A DNA stretch of 63,178 bases from Octopus bimaculoides (lineage: Eukaryota), in NCBI RefSeq assembly GCF_001194135.2, contig NC_068998.1:43320054-43383231 (forward strand), read 5' to 3'. Of the stretch, positions 61,915 through 63,178 are shown in pieces; position 1 is the first letter of the stretch; every line of letters begins with the position of its first letter. The notes under the pieces are model-generated. The model did no database searches. It had not been told where the DNA came from and saw nothing but the letters and a program-made list of their open reading frames with translations. A program made the translations under genes and the position numbers.

Positions 61915-63142
61915 ACTAGAGACAGGGCTCAAATACTTACAGAGAAGAAGTCTTCATGCAACACCCTAAAGGGTTAGTTTGTGGTATTAGATTATATGAT
62001 GGATTAGGTCTACCACCCAAGTACTCTCTACATCAGAAATATTAATGAGAGACTTCAAAACTCCATTATTTGTATGTGAGAATTTACACATAAGATTTTC
62101 TGTTGATAACATATAAAGTTAGAATTTCTCAGTAACTTTTGTTTCGTTTTTGGTCTACTGAGAGCTGTTAACCTGTAATTGCTACTATCTAAAAGACCCA
62201 TGAATTCCTAAATGTGGTTCTAATTCTACTTTTCTTCCCATGCAATATCAAGTTTATCCAGACCAGTTGCAGAACTGAATTATTGAAGACGGCTGGATAT
62301 GAAGTGGGTTGATCTGTAAATATTTTGCAGAAGAGAAAATAACACTCAATAATAATAATAATAATGATAATAATAATAATTATTATTATTATAATAATAT
62401 TATATTTAAAATAAAAAATAAAATAAAAATTCAATTTGGAAAAAACATTTGATATTAGAGTTTCATGTTAATGATTTAGCTTGAGAAAATATCATCTGAT
62501 TAAAAATGTATGATTTATTCTTGAAAGTTTCTCCACTTGAGAACTGACACTTTCCCCATTGTTAATTATACAGAATCAATAGTATAAATAATAAATTTGC
62601 AATTATTTTACAGTTAAAATATATTCATTTGTTTTTTTCCCTTTTATATCTTTGTCCCATCACATGAGAATGTATGTGAGTATATATGTATGCATTTCTA
62701 CCTCAGCTTGCTTTACAAAATCTAGTTGGAGAATTTCAATACAACTTTAAAATTTTCCTTCCAATTATAAAATAACATCATGAGAAAAATTGTCATACAT
62801 TTATGTATTAAAAGAAAAACTTCTTCCTTATGCCATATATTAAGCAATATAGTAGAAACAGTTGAAATTGCAGAATGCCTGATTATAAATGAGTAAACAC
62901 TTAGCATTATTTAGCTTTGTTCATATAGTTTGGGGAAGAATTTTGGTTTAAGAAGCCCATATAATGCCTCGTAACTTTTTTTATGCTTTGGAATTTTCAG
63001 AAAATGTTTGTGAATGTGTATTCTATACATGGGAATACATATGATTATGCTAAATTCTTGTGTGTGCTGACCTTGTGCTAAAATTTGAAACCTATATGAT
63101 TTTGAAACCTATACAGATTTTGAAAGGTAGTGTATAAATATG

Positions 63143-63178
<36 letters not shown>

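Overview
AT-rich, microsatellite-dense animal genomic DNA with 8 assembly gaps (N runs at 10426-10435, 14712-14871, 22818-23490, 35102-36031, 39802-39811, 42779-42788, 53024-53033, 60051-60364). The tRNA-derived SINE families and simple-repeat load point to a coleoid cephalopod (Octopus-like short-read assembly); this is inferred, not database-checked. There is no complete protein-coding gene, rRNA, true tRNA or CRISPR array, and most ORF-track entries are translated microsatellites or gaps. The window looks intronic/intergenic. It holds dozens of SINE copies from at least 6 families (labelled A-F here), MITEs of three superfamilies (Tc1/mariner, hAT, piggyBac-like) and short LINE remnants from five clades (HERO/NeSL-like, CR1/L2-like, L1/Tx1, R4/Dong, RTE). 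A few candidate exons remain unassigned, the best being an MQAAA-repeat terminal exon at 11011-11189 (-). Most notable: (1) a tRNA-headed SINE carrying a minimal Penelope-type hammerhead ribozyme, in two copies, one with a 48-bp inverted arm starting 1 nt from the predicted self-cleavage site; (2) a pseudoknotted hammerhead-like fold just after a HERO-like endonuclease ORF, plus two more degenerate hammerheads; (3) a strong recursive-splice (AG|GTAAGT) ratchet-point candidate at 46775/46776; (4) a perfect 18-bp, miRNA-like hairpin in unique sequence at 24500-24547. All alignments and folds were done by eye; repeat boundaries are approximate unless a TSD or TIR is quoted.
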